DNA of 64,000 nucleotides from Eledone cirrhosa (Eukaryota): contig OZ024742.1 in the NCBI GenBank assembly GCA_964016885.1, positions 168,516,001 through 168,580,000 on the forward strand, given 5' to 3'. The notes beneath the pieces are model-generated. The model saw only the letters and a program-made list of their open reading frames with translations, made no database searches and was not told the DNA's origin. Below, one piece after another: positions 12,603-28,532 of the stretch (within the stretch, counting starts at the first letter, position 1; the number at the start of each line of letters is the position of its first letter). Made by a program: the position numbers and the translations under genes.

Positions 12603-15600
12603 AATCATTAAAATCCCATTAAAAATACATTAAAGGCCCATTAAAAACGCCATAAAAAATCCATTAAAAAAATCCATTAAAAAAAAACTCAATCAAAAAC
12701 ACATAAAAGAAACATTAAAACAGCATTTAAAAAATCCATTAAAAATCCATTAAAAAAAAATCCATTAAAAAAATCCATTAAAAATCCATTAAAAAAATCC
12801 ATTTAAAAAAATCCATTAAAAAATCCATTAAAAACCCATTAAAAATCCATTAAAAATCCATTAAAAATCCATTAAAAAATCCATTTAAAAAACCATTAAA
12901 AAAATCCATTAAAAAATCCATTTAAAAATCCATTAAAAAAAATCCATTTAAAAAAACCCATTAAAAAAAATCCATTAAAAAAATCCATTTAAAAAATCCA
13001 TAAAAAAAAATCCATAAAAAAAATCCATTAAAAAAAATCCATTAAAAAAAAAATCCGTTAAAAAAAATCCATTAAAAATCCATTAAAAATCCATTAAAAA
13101 TCCATTAAAAATCCATTAAAAATCCATTAAAAATCCATTTAAAAAAATCCATTAAAAAAATCCATTAAAAAAATCCATTTAAAAAATCCATTAAAAAAAA
13201 TCCATTAAAAAAAAATCCATTAAAAAAAATCCATTAAAAAAAATCAATTTAAAAAAATCCATTAAAAATCCATTAAAAAAATCCATTTAAAAAAATCCAT
13301 TAAAAACCCATTAAAAATCCATTAAAAATCCATTAAAAAATCCATTTAAAAAAACCATTAAAAAAAATCCATTAAAAAAATCCATTTAAAAAATCCATTT
13401 AAAAAAAATCCATTAAAAAAATCCATTTAAAAAATCCATTAAAAAAAATCCATTAAAAAAAACTCAATCAAAAACCCATAAAAGAAACATTAAAACAGCA
13501 TTTAAAAAATCCATTAAAAATCCATTAAAAGAATCCATTTAAAAAATCCATTAAAAAATCCATTAAAAATCCATTAAAAATCCATTAAAAAATCCATTTA
13601 AAAAAATCCATTAAAAAAATCCTTTAAAAAATCCATTAAAAAATCCATTTAAAAAATCCATTAAAAAAAATCCATTAAAAAAAACCATTAAAAAATCCAT
13701 TAAAAAAAATCCCATTAAAAATACATTAAAAATCCATTAAAAATCCATTAAAAAATCCATTAAAAATCCATTAAAAATCCATTAAAAATCCATTAAAAAA
13801 TCCATTAAAAAAAATCCATTAAAAAAATCCATTAAAAAATCCATTTAAAAAATCCATTTAAAAAAATCCATTAAAAAAAATCCATTAAAAAAAATCCATT
13901 AAAAAAAATCCATTAAAAAAAAAATCCGTTAAAAAAAATCCATTAAAAACTCAATCAAACACCCAATTAAAAGGCCATAAAAGAAACATTAAAACAGCAT
14001 TTAAAATACCATTAAAAACGCCATAAAAAATCCATTAAAAAAAATCCATTAAAAAAAAATTCAATCAAAAACCCATAAAAGAAACATTAAAACAGCATTT
14101 AAAAAACCCATTAAAAATTCATTAAAAAAATCCATTTAAAAAATCCATTAAAAATCCATTAAAAATCCATTAAAAATCCATTAAAAATCCATTAAAAATC
14201 CATTAAAAATAATCCATTAAAAAAAATTCAATCAAAAACCCATAAAAGAAACATTAAAACAGCATTTAAAAAATCCATTAAAAAAATCCATTTAAAAAAA
14301 TCCATTAAAAAAGCCATTAAAAATCCATTAAAAATCCATTAAAAAAATCCATTAAAAAAAAATCCATTAAAAAAAATCCATTAAAAATCCATTAAAAAAA
14401 TCCATTTAAAAAAATCCATTAAAAATCCATTAAAAACCCATTAAAAATCCATTAAAAATCCATTAAAAATCCATTAAAAAATCCATTTAAAAAACCCATT
14501 AAAAAAATCCATTAAAAAATCCATTTAAAAATCCAGTAAAAAAAATCCATTTAAAAAAACCCATTAAAAAAAATCCATTAAAAAAATCCATTTAAAAAAT
14601 CCATAAAAAAAAATCCATAAAAAAAATCCATTAAAAAAAATCCATTAAAAAAAAAATCCGTTAAAAAAAATCCATTAAAAATCCATTAAAAATCCATTAA
14701 AAATCCATTAAAAATCCATTAAAAAAAAATCAATTTAAAAAAATCGATTAAAAATCCATTAAAAAAATCCATTTAAAAAAATCCATTAAAAACCCATTAA
14801 AAATCCATTAAAAATCCATTAAAAAATCCATTTAAAAAAACCATTAAAAAAAATCCATTAAAAAAATCCATTTAAAAAATCCATTAAAAAAAAATCCATT
14901 AAAAAAAACCCATTAAAAAAAATCCATTAAAAAAATCCATTTAAAAAATCCATTAAAAAAAATCCATTAAAAAAAACTCAATCAAAAACCCATAAAAGAA
15001 ACATTAAAACAGCATTTAAAAAATCCATTAAAAATCCATTAAAAAAATCCATTTAAAAAATCCATTAAAAAATCCATTAAAAATCCATTAAAAATCCATT
15101 AAAAAATCCATTTAAAAAAATCCATTAAAAAAATCCATTTAAAAAATCCATTAAAAAATCCATTTAAAAAATCCATTAAAAAAAATCCATTAAAAAAAAC
15201 CATTAAAAAATCCATTAAAAAAAATCCCATTAAAAATACATTAAAGGCCCATTAAAAACGCCATAAAAAATCCATTAAAAAAATCCATTAAAAAAAAACT
15301 CAATCAAAAACCCATAAAAGAAACATTAAAACAGCATTTAAAAAATCCATTAAAAAAATCCATTAAAAAAAATCCATTAAAAAATCCATTAAAAATCCAT
15401 TAAAAATCCATTAAAAATCCATTAAAAATCCATTAAAAAATCCATTAAAAATCCATTAAAAATCCATTAAAAATCCATTAAAAAATCCATTTAAAAAAAT
15501 CCATTAAAAAAATCCATTAAAAAATCCATTTAAAAAATCCATTTAAAAAAATCCATTAAAAAAAATCCATTAAAAAAAAATCCATTAAAAAAAATCCATT

Positions 15601-18228
15601 AAAAAAAAAATCCGTTAAAAAAAATCCATTAAAAACGCAATCAAACACCCAATTAAAAGGCCATAAAAGAAACATTAAAACAGCATTTAAAATACCATTA
15701 AAAACGCCATAAAAATCATTAAAATCCAATTAAAGATACATTAAAGGCCCATTAAAAACGCCATAAAAAATCCATTAAAAATATCCATTAAAAAAACTCA
15801 ATCAAAAACCCATAAAAGAAACATTAAAACAGCATTTAAAAAATCCATTAAAAATCCATTAAAAAAATCCATTTAATAAAATCCATTAAAAATCCATTAA
15901 AAATCCATTAAAAATCCATTAAAAATCCATTAAAAATCCATTAAAAATCCATTAAAAAACCCATTTAAAAAAATCCATTAAAAAAATCCATTAAAAAAAT
16001 CCATTAAAAAAAGCCATTAAAAAAATCCATTTAAAAAAAGCCATTAAAAAAATCCATTAAAAAAAAATCCATTAAAAATCCATTAAAAAAATCCATTTAA
16101 AAAAATCCATTAAAAACCCATTAAAAATCCATTAAAAAATCCATTAAAAAACCCATTAAAAAAAATCCATTAGAAAAATCCATTTAAAAAATCCATTAAA
16201 AAAAAATCCATTTAAAAAACCCATTAAAAAAAATCCATTAAAAAAATCCATTTAAAAAATCCATTTAAAAAATCCATTAAAAAAATCCATTTAAAAAATC
16301 CATAAAAAAAAACCATTAAAAAAAATCCATTAAAAAAAAATCCATTAAAAAAAATCCATTAAAAAAAATCCATTAAAAATCCATTAAAAAAAATCCATTT
16401 AAAAAAAATTCATTAAAAAATCCATTAAAAATCCATTAAAAATCCATTTAAAAAAATCCATTTAAAAAATCCATTTAAAAAACCCATTACAAAAAATACA
16501 TTAAAAAAAATCCATAAAAAAAAAAGCCATTAAAAAAAATCCATTAAAAAAAATCTATTAAAAATCCATTAAAAATCCATTAAAAATCCATTAAAAATCC
16601 ATTAAAAATCCATTAAAAATCCATTAAAAAGCCATTAAAAATCCATTAAAATCCATTAAAAATCCATTAAAAATCCATTAAAAATCCATTAAAAATCCAT
16701 TAAAAAATCCATTTAAAAAAATCCATTAAAAAATCCATTAAAAAATCCATTTAAAAAATCCATTAAAAAAATCCATTAAAAAAAAATCCATTAAAAAAAA
16801 AATCCATTAAAAAAAATCAATTTAAAAAAATCCATTAAAAATCCATTAAAAAAATCCATTTAAAAAAATCCATTAAAAACCAATTAAAAACCCATTAAAA
16901 ATCCATTAAAAATCCATTTAAAAAACCCATTAAAAAAAATCCATTAAAAAAAATCCATTTAAAAAATCCATTAAAAAAAATCCATTAAAAAAAACCATTA
17001 AAAAAATCCATTAAAAAAATCCATTTAAAAAATCCATTAAAAAAAATTCATTAAAAAAAAATCCATAAAAAAATCCATTAAAAAAATCCATTTAAAAAAA
17101 TCCATTAAAAAAAATCCATTAAAAATCCATTAAAAAAATCCATTAAAAAAAATCCATTAAAAAATCCATTAAAAAACCCATTAAAAATCCATTAAAAATC
17201 CATTAAAAATCCATTAAAAATCCATTTAAAAAACCCATTAAAAAAATCCATTTAAAAAACCCATTAAAAAAAGCCATTAAAAAATCCATTTAAAAAATCC
17301 ATTAAAAAAAATCCATTTAAAACAACCCATTAAAAAAAATCCATTAAAAAAACCCATTAAAAAAAATCCATTAAAAAAATCCATTTAAAAAATCCATTAA
17401 AAAAAATCCATTAAAAAAAATCCATAAAAAAATCCATTAAAAAAATCCATTAAAAATCCATTAAAAAAAATCCATTTAAAAAAGCCATTAAAAAATCCAT
17501 TAAAAATCCATTAAAAATCCATTAAAAAATCCATTTAAAAAAACCATTAAAAAAAATCCATTAAAAAAATCCATTTAAAAAATCCATTAAAAAAAAATCC
17601 ATTAAAAAAATCCATTTAAAAAATCCATTAAAAAAAATCCATTAAAAAAAACTCAATCAAAAACCCATAAAAGAAACATTAAAACAGCATTTAAAAAATC
17701 CATTAAAAATCCATTAAAAGAATCCATTTAAAAAATCCATTAAAAAATCCATTAAAAATCCATTAAAAATCCATTAAAAAATCCATTTAAAAAAATCCAT
17801 TAAAAAAATCCTTTAAAAAATCCATTAAAAAATCCATTTAAAAAATCCATTAAAAAAAATCCATTAAAAAAAACCATTAAAAAATCCATTAAAAAAAATC
17901 CCATTAAAAATACATTAAAAATCCATTAAAAATCCATTAAAAAATCCATTAAAAATCCATTAAAAATCCATTAAAAATCCATTAAAAAATCCATTAAAAA
18001 AAATCCATTAAAAAAATCCATTAAAAAATCCATTTAAAAAATCCATTTAAAAAAATCCATTAAAAAAAATCCATTAAAAAAAATCCATTAAAAAAAATCC
18101 ATTAAAAAAAAAATCCGTTAAAAAAAATCCATTAAAAACTCAATCAAACACCCAATTAAAAGGCCATAAAAGAAACATTAAAACAGCATTTAAAATACCA
18201 TTAAAAACGCCATAAAAAATCATTAAAA

Positions 18229-18285
18229 TTGTTTTTTATGAAATTTATAATATGGCTTTTAATGAACTTTTTAATGGGCTTTTAG
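18229..18285 (-). repeat. 57-bp inverted island, C haplotype (copy 5)
   Basis: Matches copy 1. Confidence 0.92.
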
Positions 18286-20604
18286 AATCATTAAAATCCC
18301 ATTAAAAATACATTAAAGGCCCATTAAAAACGCCATAAAAAATCCATTAAAAAAAATCCATTAAAAAAAAATTCAATCAAAAACCCATAAAAGAAACATT
18401 AAAACAGCATTTAAAAAACCCATTAAAAATTCATTAAAAAAATCCATTTAAAAAATCCATTAAAAATCCATTAAAAATCCATTAAAAATCCATTAAAAAA
18501 ATCCATTTAAAAAAATCCATTAAAAAATCCATTAAAAATCCATTAAAAATCCATTAAAAAATCCATTTAAAAAACCCATTAAAAAAATCCATTTAAAAAA
18601 TCCATTTAAAAAATCCATTAAAAAAAATCCATTTAAAAAAACCCATTAAAAAAAATCCATTAAGAAAATCCATTTAAAAAATCCATTAAAAAAAATCCAT
18701 TAAAAAAAATCCATAAAAAAAAATCCATTAAAAAAAATCCATTAAAAAAAAATCCGTTAAAAAAAATCCATTAAAAAAAAATCCGTTCAAAAAATCCATT
18801 AAAAGCTCAATCCCATTAAAAACGCCATAAAAATCATTAAAATCCAATTAAAGATACATTAAAGGCCCATTAAAAACGCCATAAAAAATCCATTAAAAAA
18901 ATCCATTAAAAAAACTCAATCAAAAACCCATAAAAGAAACATTAAAACAGCATTTAAAAAATCCATTAAAAATCCATTAAAAAAATCCATTTAATAAAAT
19001 CCATTAAAAAATCCATTAAAAATCCATTAAAAATCCATTAAAAATCCATTAAAAATCCATTAAAAATCCATTAAAAAATCCATTTAAAAAAATCCATTAA
19101 AAAAACCCATTAAAAAAATCCATTAAAAAAAGCCATTAAAAAAATCCATTTAAAAAAAGCCATTAAAAAAATCCATTAAAAAAAAATCCATTAAAAATCC
19201 ATTAAAAAAATCCATTTAAAAAAATCCATTAAAAACCCATTAAAAATCCATTAAAAAATCCATTAAAAAACCCATTAAAAAAAATCCATTAGAAATATCC
19301 ATTTAAAAAATCCATTAAAAAAAAATCCATTTAAAAAACCCATTAAAAAAAATCCATTTAAAAAATCCATTTAAAAAATCCATTTAAAAAATCCATTAAA
19401 AAAATCCATTTAAAAAATCCATAAAAAAAAACCATTAAAAAAAATCCATTAAAAAAAAATCCATTAAAAAAAATCCATTAAAAAAAGTCCATTAAAAATC
19501 CATTAAAAAAAATCCATTTAAAAAAAATTCATTAAAAAATCCATTAAAAATCCATTAAAAATCCATTTAAAAAAATCCATTTAAAAAATCCATTTAAAAA
19601 ACCCATTACAAAAAATACATTAAAAAAAATCCATAAAAAAAAAAGCCATTAAAAAAAATCCATTAAAAAAAATCTATTAAAAATCCATTAAAAATCCATT
19701 AAAAATCCATTAAAAATCCATTAAAAATCCATTAAAAAGCCATTAAAAATCCATTAAAATCCATTAAAAATCCATTAAAAATCCATTAAAAATCCATTAA
19801 AAATCCATTAAAAAATCCATTTAAAAAAATCCATTAAAAAATCCATTAAAAAATCCATTTAAAAAATCCATTAAAAAAATCCATTAAAAAAAAATCCATT
19901 AAAAAAAAAATCCATTAAAAAAAATCAATTTAAAAAATCCATTAAAAATCCATTAAAAAAATCCATTTAAAAAAATCCATTAAAAACCCATTAAAAACCC
20001 ATTAAAAATCCATTAAAAATCCATTTCAAAAACCCATTAAAAAAAATCCATTAAAAAAAATCCATTTAAAAAATCCATTAAAAAAAATCCATTAAAAAAA
20101 CCCATTAAAAAAATCCATTAAAAAAATCCATTTAAAAAATCCATTAAAAAAAATTCATTAAAAAAAAATCCATAAAAAAATCCATTAAAAAAATCCATTT
20201 AAAAAAATCCATTAAAAAAAATCCATTAAAAATTCATTAAAAAAATCCATTAAAAAAAATCCATTAAAAAATCCATTAAAAAAACCATTAAAAATCCATT
20301 AAAAATCCATTAAAAATCCATTAAAAATCCATTAAAAAAATCCATTTAAAAAATCCATTAAAAAAAATCCATTTAAAAAAACCCATTAAAAAAATCCATT
20401 AAAAAAATCCATTTAAAAAATCCATTAAAAAAAATCCATTAAAAAAATCCATAAAAAAAATCCATTAAAAAAAATCCATTAAAAAAAAATCCGTTAAAAA
20501 AAATCCATTAAAAACTCAATCAAAAACCCAATTAAAAGGCCATAAAAGAAACATTAAAACAGCATTTAAAATACCATTAAAAACGCCATAAAAAATCATT
20601 AAAA

Positions 20605-20661
20605 TTGTTTTTTATGAAATTTATAATATGGCTTTTAATGAATTTTTTAATGGGCTTTTAG
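20605..20661 (-). repeat. 57-bp inverted island, T haplotype (copy 6)
   Basis: Matches copy 2. Confidence 0.92.
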
Positions 20662-22111
20662 AATCATTAAAATCCCATTAAAAATACATTAAAGGCCCAT
20701 TAAAAACGCCATAAAAAATCCATTAAAAAAATCCATTAAAAAAAAACTCAATCAAAAACACATAAAAGAAACATTAAAACAGCATTTAAAAAATCCATTA
20801 AAAATCCATTAAAAAAAAATCCATTAAAAAAATCCATTAAAAATCCATTAAAAAAATCCATTTAAAAAAATCCATTAAAAAATCCATTAAAAACCCATTA
20901 AAAATCCATTAAAAATCCATTAAAAATCCATTAAAAAATCCATTTAAAAAACCCATTAAAAAAATCCATTAAAAAATCCATTTAAAAATCCATTAAAAAA
21001 AATCCATTTAAAAAAACCCATTAAAAAAAATCCATTAAAAAAATCCATTTAAAAAATCCATAAAAAAAAATCCATAAAAAAAATCCATTAAAAAAAATCC
21101 ATTAAAAAAAAAATCCGTTAAAAAAAATCCATTAAAAATCCATTAAAAATCCATTAAAAATCCATTAAAAATCCATTAAAAATCCATTTAAAAAAATCCA
21201 TTAAAAAAATCCATTAAAAAAATCCAATTAAAAAATCCATTAAAAAATCCATTAAAAAAAATCCATTAAAAAAAAATCCATTAAAAAAAATCCATTAAAA
21301 AAAATCAATTTAAAAAAATCCATTAAAAATCCATTAAAAAAATCCATTTAAAAAAATCCATTAAAAACCCATTAAAAATCCATTAAAAATCCATTAAAAA
21401 ATCCATTTAAAAAAACCATTAAAAAAAATCCATTAAAAAAATCCATTTAAAAAATCCATTAAAAAAAAATCCATTAAAAAAATCCATTTAAAAAATCCAT
21501 TAAAAAAAATCCATTAAAAAAAACTCAATCAAAAACCCATAAAAGAAACATTAAAACAGCATTTAAAAAATCCATTAAAAATCCATTAAAAGAATCCATT
21601 TAAAAAATCCATTAAAAAATCCATTAAAAATCCATTAAAAATCCATTAAAAATCCATTAAAAAATCCATTTAAAAAAATCCATTAAAAAAATCCTTTAAA
21701 AAATCCATTAAAAAATCCATTTAAAAAATCCATTAAAAAAAATCCATTAAAAAAAACCATTAAAAAATCCATTAAAAAAAATCCCATTAAAAATACATTA
21801 AAAATCCATTAAAAATCCATTAAAAAATCCATTAAAAATCCATTAAAAATCCATTAAAAATCCATTAAAAAATCCATTAAAAAAAATCCATTAAAAAAAT
21901 CCATTAAAAAATCCATTTAAAAAATCCATTTAAAAAAATCCATTAAAAAAAAACCATTAAAAAAAATCCATTAAAAAAAATCCATTAAAAAAAAAATCCG
22001 TTAAAAAAAATCCATTAAAAACTCAATCAAACAACCAATTAAAAGGCCATAAAAGAAACATTAAAACAGCATTTAAAATACCATTAAAAACGCCATAAAA
22101 AATCATTAAAA

Positions 22112-22168
22112 TTGTTTTTTATGAAATTTATAATATGGCTTTTAATGAACTTTTTAATGGGCTTTTAG
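22112..22168 (-). repeat. 57-bp inverted island, C haplotype (copy 7)
   Basis: Matches copy 1. Confidence 0.92.
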
Positions 22169-25100
22169 AATCATTAAAATCCCATTAAAAATACATTAAA
22201 GGCCCATTAAAAACGCCATAAAAAATCCATTAAAAAAAATCCATTAAAAAAAAATTCAATCAAAAACCCATAAAAGAAACATTAAAACAGCATTTAAAAA
22301 ACCCATTAAAAATTCATTAAAAAAATCCATTTAAAAAATCCATTAAAAATCCATTAAAAATCCATTAAAAATCCATTAAAAATCCATTAAAAATCCATTA
22401 AAAATCCATTAAAAATCCATTAAAAATAATCCATTAAAAAAAAATTCAATCAAAAACCCATAAAAGAAACATTAAAACAGCATTTAAAAAATCCATTAAA
22501 AAAATCCATTTAAAAAAATCCATTAAAAAAGCCATTAAAAATCCATTAAAAATCCATTAAAAATCCATTAAAAAAATCCATTAAAAAAAAAATCCATTAA
22601 AAAAAATCCATTAAAAATCCATTAAAAAAATCCATTTAAAAAAATCCATTAAAAATCCATTAAAAACCCATTAAAAATCCATTAAAAATCCATTAAAAAT
22701 CCATTAAAAAATCCATTTAAAAAACCCATTAAAAAAATCCATTAAAAAATCCATTTAAAAATCCAGTAAAAAAAATCCATTTAAAAAAACCCATTAAAAA
22801 AAATCCATTAAAAAAATCCATTTAAAAAATCCATAAAAAAAAATCCATAAAAAAAATCCATTAAAAAAAATCCATAAAAAAAAAAATCCGTTAAAAAAAA
22901 TCCATTAAAAATCCATTAAAAATCCATTAAAAATCCATTAAAAATCCATTAAAAAAAATCAATTTAAAAAAATCCATTAAAAATCCATTAAAAAAATCCA
23001 TTTAAAAAAATCCATTAAAAACCCATTAAAAATCCATTAAAAATCCATTAAAAAATCCATTTAAAAAAACCATTAAAAAAAATCCATTAAAAAAATCCAT
23101 TTAAAAAATCCATTAAAAAAAAATCCATTAAAAAAAACCCATTAAAAAAAATCCATTAAAAAAATCCATTTAAAAAATCCATTAAAAAAAATCCATTAAA
23201 AAAAACTCAATCAAAAACCCATAAAAGAAACATTAAAACAGCATTTAAAAAATCCATTAAAAATCCATTAAAAAAATCCATTTAAAAAATCCATTAAAAA
23301 ATCCATTAAAAATCCATTAAAAATCCATTAAAAAATCCATTTAAAAAAATCCATTAAAAAAATCCATTTAAAAAATCCATTAAAAAATCCATTTAAAAAA
23401 TCCATTAAAAAAAATCCATTTAAAAAAACCATTAAAAAATCCATTAAAAAAAATCCCATTAAAAATACATTAAAGGCCCATTAAAAACGCCATAAAAAAT
23501 CCGTTAAAAAAATCCATTAAAAAAAAACTCAATCAAAAACCCATAAAAGAAACATTAAAACAGCATTTAAAAAATCCATTAAAAAAATCCATTAAAAAAA
23601 ATCCATTAAAAAATCCATTAAAAATCCATTAAAAATCCATTAAAAATCCATTAAAAATCCATTAAAAAATCCATTAAAAATCCATTAAAAATCCATTAAA
23701 AATCCATTAAAAAATCCATTTAAAAAAATCCATTAAAAAAATCCATTAAAAAATCCATTTAAAAAATCCATTTAAAAAAATCCATTAAAAAAAATCCATT
23801 AAAAAAAAATCCATTAAAAAAAATCCATTAAAAAAAAAATCCGTTAAAAAAAATCCATTAAAAACTCAATCAAACACCCAATTAAAAGGCCATAAAAGAA
23901 ACATTAAAACAGCATTTAAAATACCATTAAAAACGCCATAAAAATCATTAAAATCCAATTAAAGATACATTAAAGGCCCATTAAAAACGCCATAAAAAAT
24001 CCATTAAAAATATCCATTAAAAAAACTCAATCAAAAACCCATAAAAGAAACATTAAAACAGCATTTAAAAAATCCATTAAAAATCCATTAAAAAAATCCA
24101 TTTAATAAAATCCATTAAAAATCCATTAAAAATCCATTAAAAATCCATTAAAAATCCATTAAAAATCCATTAAAAAACCCATTTAAAAAAATCCATTAAA
24201 AAAATCCATTAAAAAAATCCATTAAAAAAAGCCATTAAAAAAATCCATTTAAAAAAAGCCATTAAAAAAATCCATTAAAAAAAAATCCATTAAAAATCCA
24301 TTAAAAAAATCCATTTAAAAAAATCCATTAAAAACCCATTAAAAATCCATTAAAAAATCCATTAAAAAACCCATTAAAAAAAATCCATTAGAAAAATCCA
24401 TTTAAAAAATCCATTAAAAAAAAATCCATTTAAAAAACCCATTAAAAAAAATCCATTAAAAAAATCCATTTAAAAAATCCATTTAAAAAATCCATTAAAA
24501 AAATCCATTTAAAAAATCCATTAAAAAAAACCATTAAAAAAAATCCATTAAAAAAAAATCCATTAAAAAAAATCCATTAAAAAAAATCCATTAAAAATCC
24601 ATTAAAAAAAATCCATTTAAAAAAAATTCATTAAAAAATCCATTAAAAATCCATTAAAAATCCATTTAAAAAAATCCATTTAAAAAATCCATTTAAAAAA
24701 CCCATTACAAAAAATACATTAAAAAAAATCCATAAAAAAAAAAGCCATTAAAAAAAATCCATTAAAAAAAATCTATTAAAAATCCATTAAAAATCCATTA
24801 AAAATCCATTAAAAATCCATTAAAAATCCATTAAAAATCCATTAAAAAGCCATTAAAAATCCATTAAAATCCATTAAAAATCCATTAAAAATCCATTAAA
24901 AATCCATTAAAAATCCATTAAAAAATCCATTTAAAAAAATCCATTAAAAAATCCATTTAAAAAATCCATTAAAAAAATCCATTAAAAAAAAATCCATTAA
25001 AAAAAAAATCCATTAAAAAAAATCAATTTAAAAAAATCCATTAAAAATCCATTAAAAAAATCCATTTAAAAAAATCCATTAAAAACCCATTAAAAACCCA

Positions 25101-25888
25101 TTAAAAATCCATTAAAAATCCATTTAAAAAACCCATTAAAAAAAATCCATTAAAAAAAATCCATTTAAAAAATCCATTAAAAAAAATCCATTAAAAAAAC
25201 CCATTAAAAAAATCCATTAAAAAAATCCATTTAAAAAATCCATTAAAAAAAAATTCATTAAAAAAAAATCCATAAAAAAATCCATTAAAAAAATCCATTT
25301 AAAAAAATCCATTAAAAAAAAATCCATTAAAAATCCATTAAAAAAATCCATTAAAAAAAATCCATTAAAAAATCCATTAAAAAACCCATTAAAAATCCAT
25401 TAAAAATCCATTAAAAATCCATTAAAAATCCATTTAAAAAACCCATTAAAAAAATCCATTTAAAAAACCCATTAAAAAAAGCCATTAAAAAATCCATTTA
25501 AAAAATCCATTAAAAAAAATCCATTAAAAAAAACCATTAAAAAATCCATTAAAAAAAATCCCATTAAAAATACATTAAAAATCCATTAAAAATCCATTAA
25601 AAAATCCATTAAAAATCCATTAAAAATCCATTAAAAATCCATTAAAAAATCCATTAAAAAAAATCCATTAAAAAAATCCATTAAAAAATCCATTTAAAAA
25701 ATCCATTTAAAAAAATCCATTAAAAAAAATCCATTAAAAAAAATCCATTAAAAAAAATCCATTAAAAAAAAAATCCGTTAAAAAAAATCCATTAAAAACT
25801 CAATCAAACACCCAATTAAAAGGCCATAAAAGAAACATTAAAACAGCATTTAAAATACCATTAAAAACGCCATAAAAAATCATTAAAA

Positions 25889-25945
25889 TTGTTTTTTATG
25901 AAATTTATAATATGGCTTTTAATGAACTTTTTAATGGGCTTTTAG
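25889..25945 (-). repeat. 57-bp inverted island, C haplotype (copy 8)
   Basis: Matches copy 1. Confidence 0.92.
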
Positions 25946-28532
25946 AATCATTAAAATCCCATTAAAAATACATTAAAGGCCCATTAAAAACGCCATAAAA
26001 AATCCATTAAAAAAAATCCATTAAAAAAAAATTCAATCAAAAACCCATAAAAGAAACATTAAAACAGCATTTAAAAAACCCATTAAAAATTCATTAAAAA
26101 AATCCATTTAAAAAATCCATTAAAAATCCATTAAAAATCCATTAAAAATCCATTAAAAAAATCCATTTAAAAAAATCCATTAAAAAATCCATTAAAAATC
26201 CATTAAAAATCCATTAAAAAATCCATTTAAAAAACCCATTAAAAAAATCCATTTAAAAAATCCATTTAAAAAATCCATTAAAAAAAATCCATTTAAAAAA
26301 ACCCATTAAAAAAAATCCATTAAGAAAATCCATTTAAAAAATCCATTAAAAAAAATCCATTAAAAAAAATCCATAAAAAAAAATCCATTAAAAAAAATCC
26401 ATTAAAAAAAAATCCGTTAAAAAAAATCCATTAAAAAAAAATCCGTTCAAAAAATCCATTAAAAGCTCAATCCCATTAAAAACGCCATAAAAATCATTAA
26501 AATCCAATTAAAGATACATTAAAGGCCCATTAAAAACGCCATAAAAAATCCATTAAAAAAATCCATTAAAAAAACTCAATCAAAAACCCATAAAAGAAAC
26601 ATTAAAACAGCATTTAAAAAATCCATTAAAAATCCATTAAAAAAATCCATTTAATAAAATCCATTAAAAAATCCATTAAAAATCCATTAAAAATCCATTA
26701 AAAATCCATTAAAAATCCATTAAAAATCCATTAAAAAACCCATTTAAAAAAATCCATTAAAAAAATCCATTAAAAAAATCCATTAAAAAAAGCCATTAAA
26801 AAAATCCATTTAAAAAAAGCCATTAAAAAAATCCATTAAAAAAAAATCCATTAAAAATCCATTAAAAAAATCCATTTAAAAAAATCCATTAAAAACCCAT
26901 TAAAAATCCATTAAAAAATCCATTAAAAAACCCATTAAAAAAAATCCATTAGAAATATCCATTTAAAAAATCCATTAAAAAAAAATCCATTTAAAAAACC
27001 CATTAAAAAAAATCCATTTAAAAAATCCATTTAAAAAATCCATTTAAAAAATCCATTAAAAAAATCCATTTAAAAAATCCATAAAAAAAAACCATTAAAA
27101 AAAATCCATTAAAAAAAAATCCATTAAAAAAAATCCATTAAAAAAAATCCATTAAAAATCCATTAAAAAAAATCCATTTAAAAAAAATTCATTAAAAAAT
27201 CCATTAAAAATCCATTAAAAATCCATTTAAAAAAATCCATTTAAAAAATCCATTTAAAAAACCCATTACAAAAAATACATTAAAAAAAATCCATAAAAAA
27301 AAAAGCCATTAAAAAAAATCCATTAAAAAAAATCTATTAAAAATCCATTAAAAATCCATTAAAAATCCATTAAAAATCCATTAAAAATCCATTAAAAATC
27401 CATTAAAAAGCCATTAAAAATCCATTAAAATCCATTAAAAATCCATTAAAAATCCATTAAAAATCCATTAAAAATCCATTAAAAAATCCATTTAAAAAAA
27501 TCCATTAAAAAATCCATTAAAAAATCCATTTAAAAAATCCATTAAAAAAATCCATTAAAAAAAAATCCATTAAAAAAAAAATCCATTAAAAAAAATCAAT
27601 TTAAAAAATCCATTAAAAATCCATTAAAAAAATCCATTTAAAAAAATCCATTAAAAACCCATTAAAAACCCATTAAAAATCCATTAAAAATCCATTTAAA
27701 AAACCCATTAAAAAAAATCCATAAAAAAAAATCCATTTAAAAAATCCATTAAAAAAATCCATTAAAAAAACCCATTAAAAAAATCCATAAAAAAAATCCA
27801 TTTAAAAAATCCATTAAAAAAAATTCATTAAAAAAAAATCCATAAAAAAATCCATTAAAAAAATCCATTTAAAAAAATCCATTAAAAAAAATCCATTAAA
27901 AATCCATTAAAAAAATCCATTAAAAAAAATCCATTAAAAAATCCATTAAAAAACCCATTAAAAATCCATTAAAAATCCATTAAAAATCCATTAAAAAATC
28001 CATTTAAAAAATCCATTAAAAAAAATCCATTTAAAACAACCCATTAAAAAAAATCCATTAAAAAAAACCCATTAAAAAAAATCCATTAAAAAAATCCATT
28101 TAAAAAATCCATTAAAAAAAATCCATTAAAAAAAATCCATAAAAAAATCCATTAAAAAAATCCATTAAAAATCCATTAAAAAAATCCATTTAAAAAAGCC
28201 ATTAAAAAATCCATTAAAAATCCATTAAAAATCCATTTAAAAAACCCATTAAAAAATCCATTAAAAAAATCCATTTAAAAAATCCATTAAAAAAAATCCA
28301 TTTAAAAAAACCCATTAAAAAAATCCATTAAAAAAATCCATTTAAAAAATCCATTAAAAAAAATCCATTAAAAAAATCCATAAAAAAATCCATTAAAAAA
28401 AATCCATTAAAAAAAAATCCGTTAAAAAAAATCCATTAAAAACTCAATCAAAAACCCAATTAAAAGGCCATAAAAGAAACATTAAAACAGCATTTAAAAT
28501 ACCATTAAAAACGCCATAAAAAATCATTAAAA

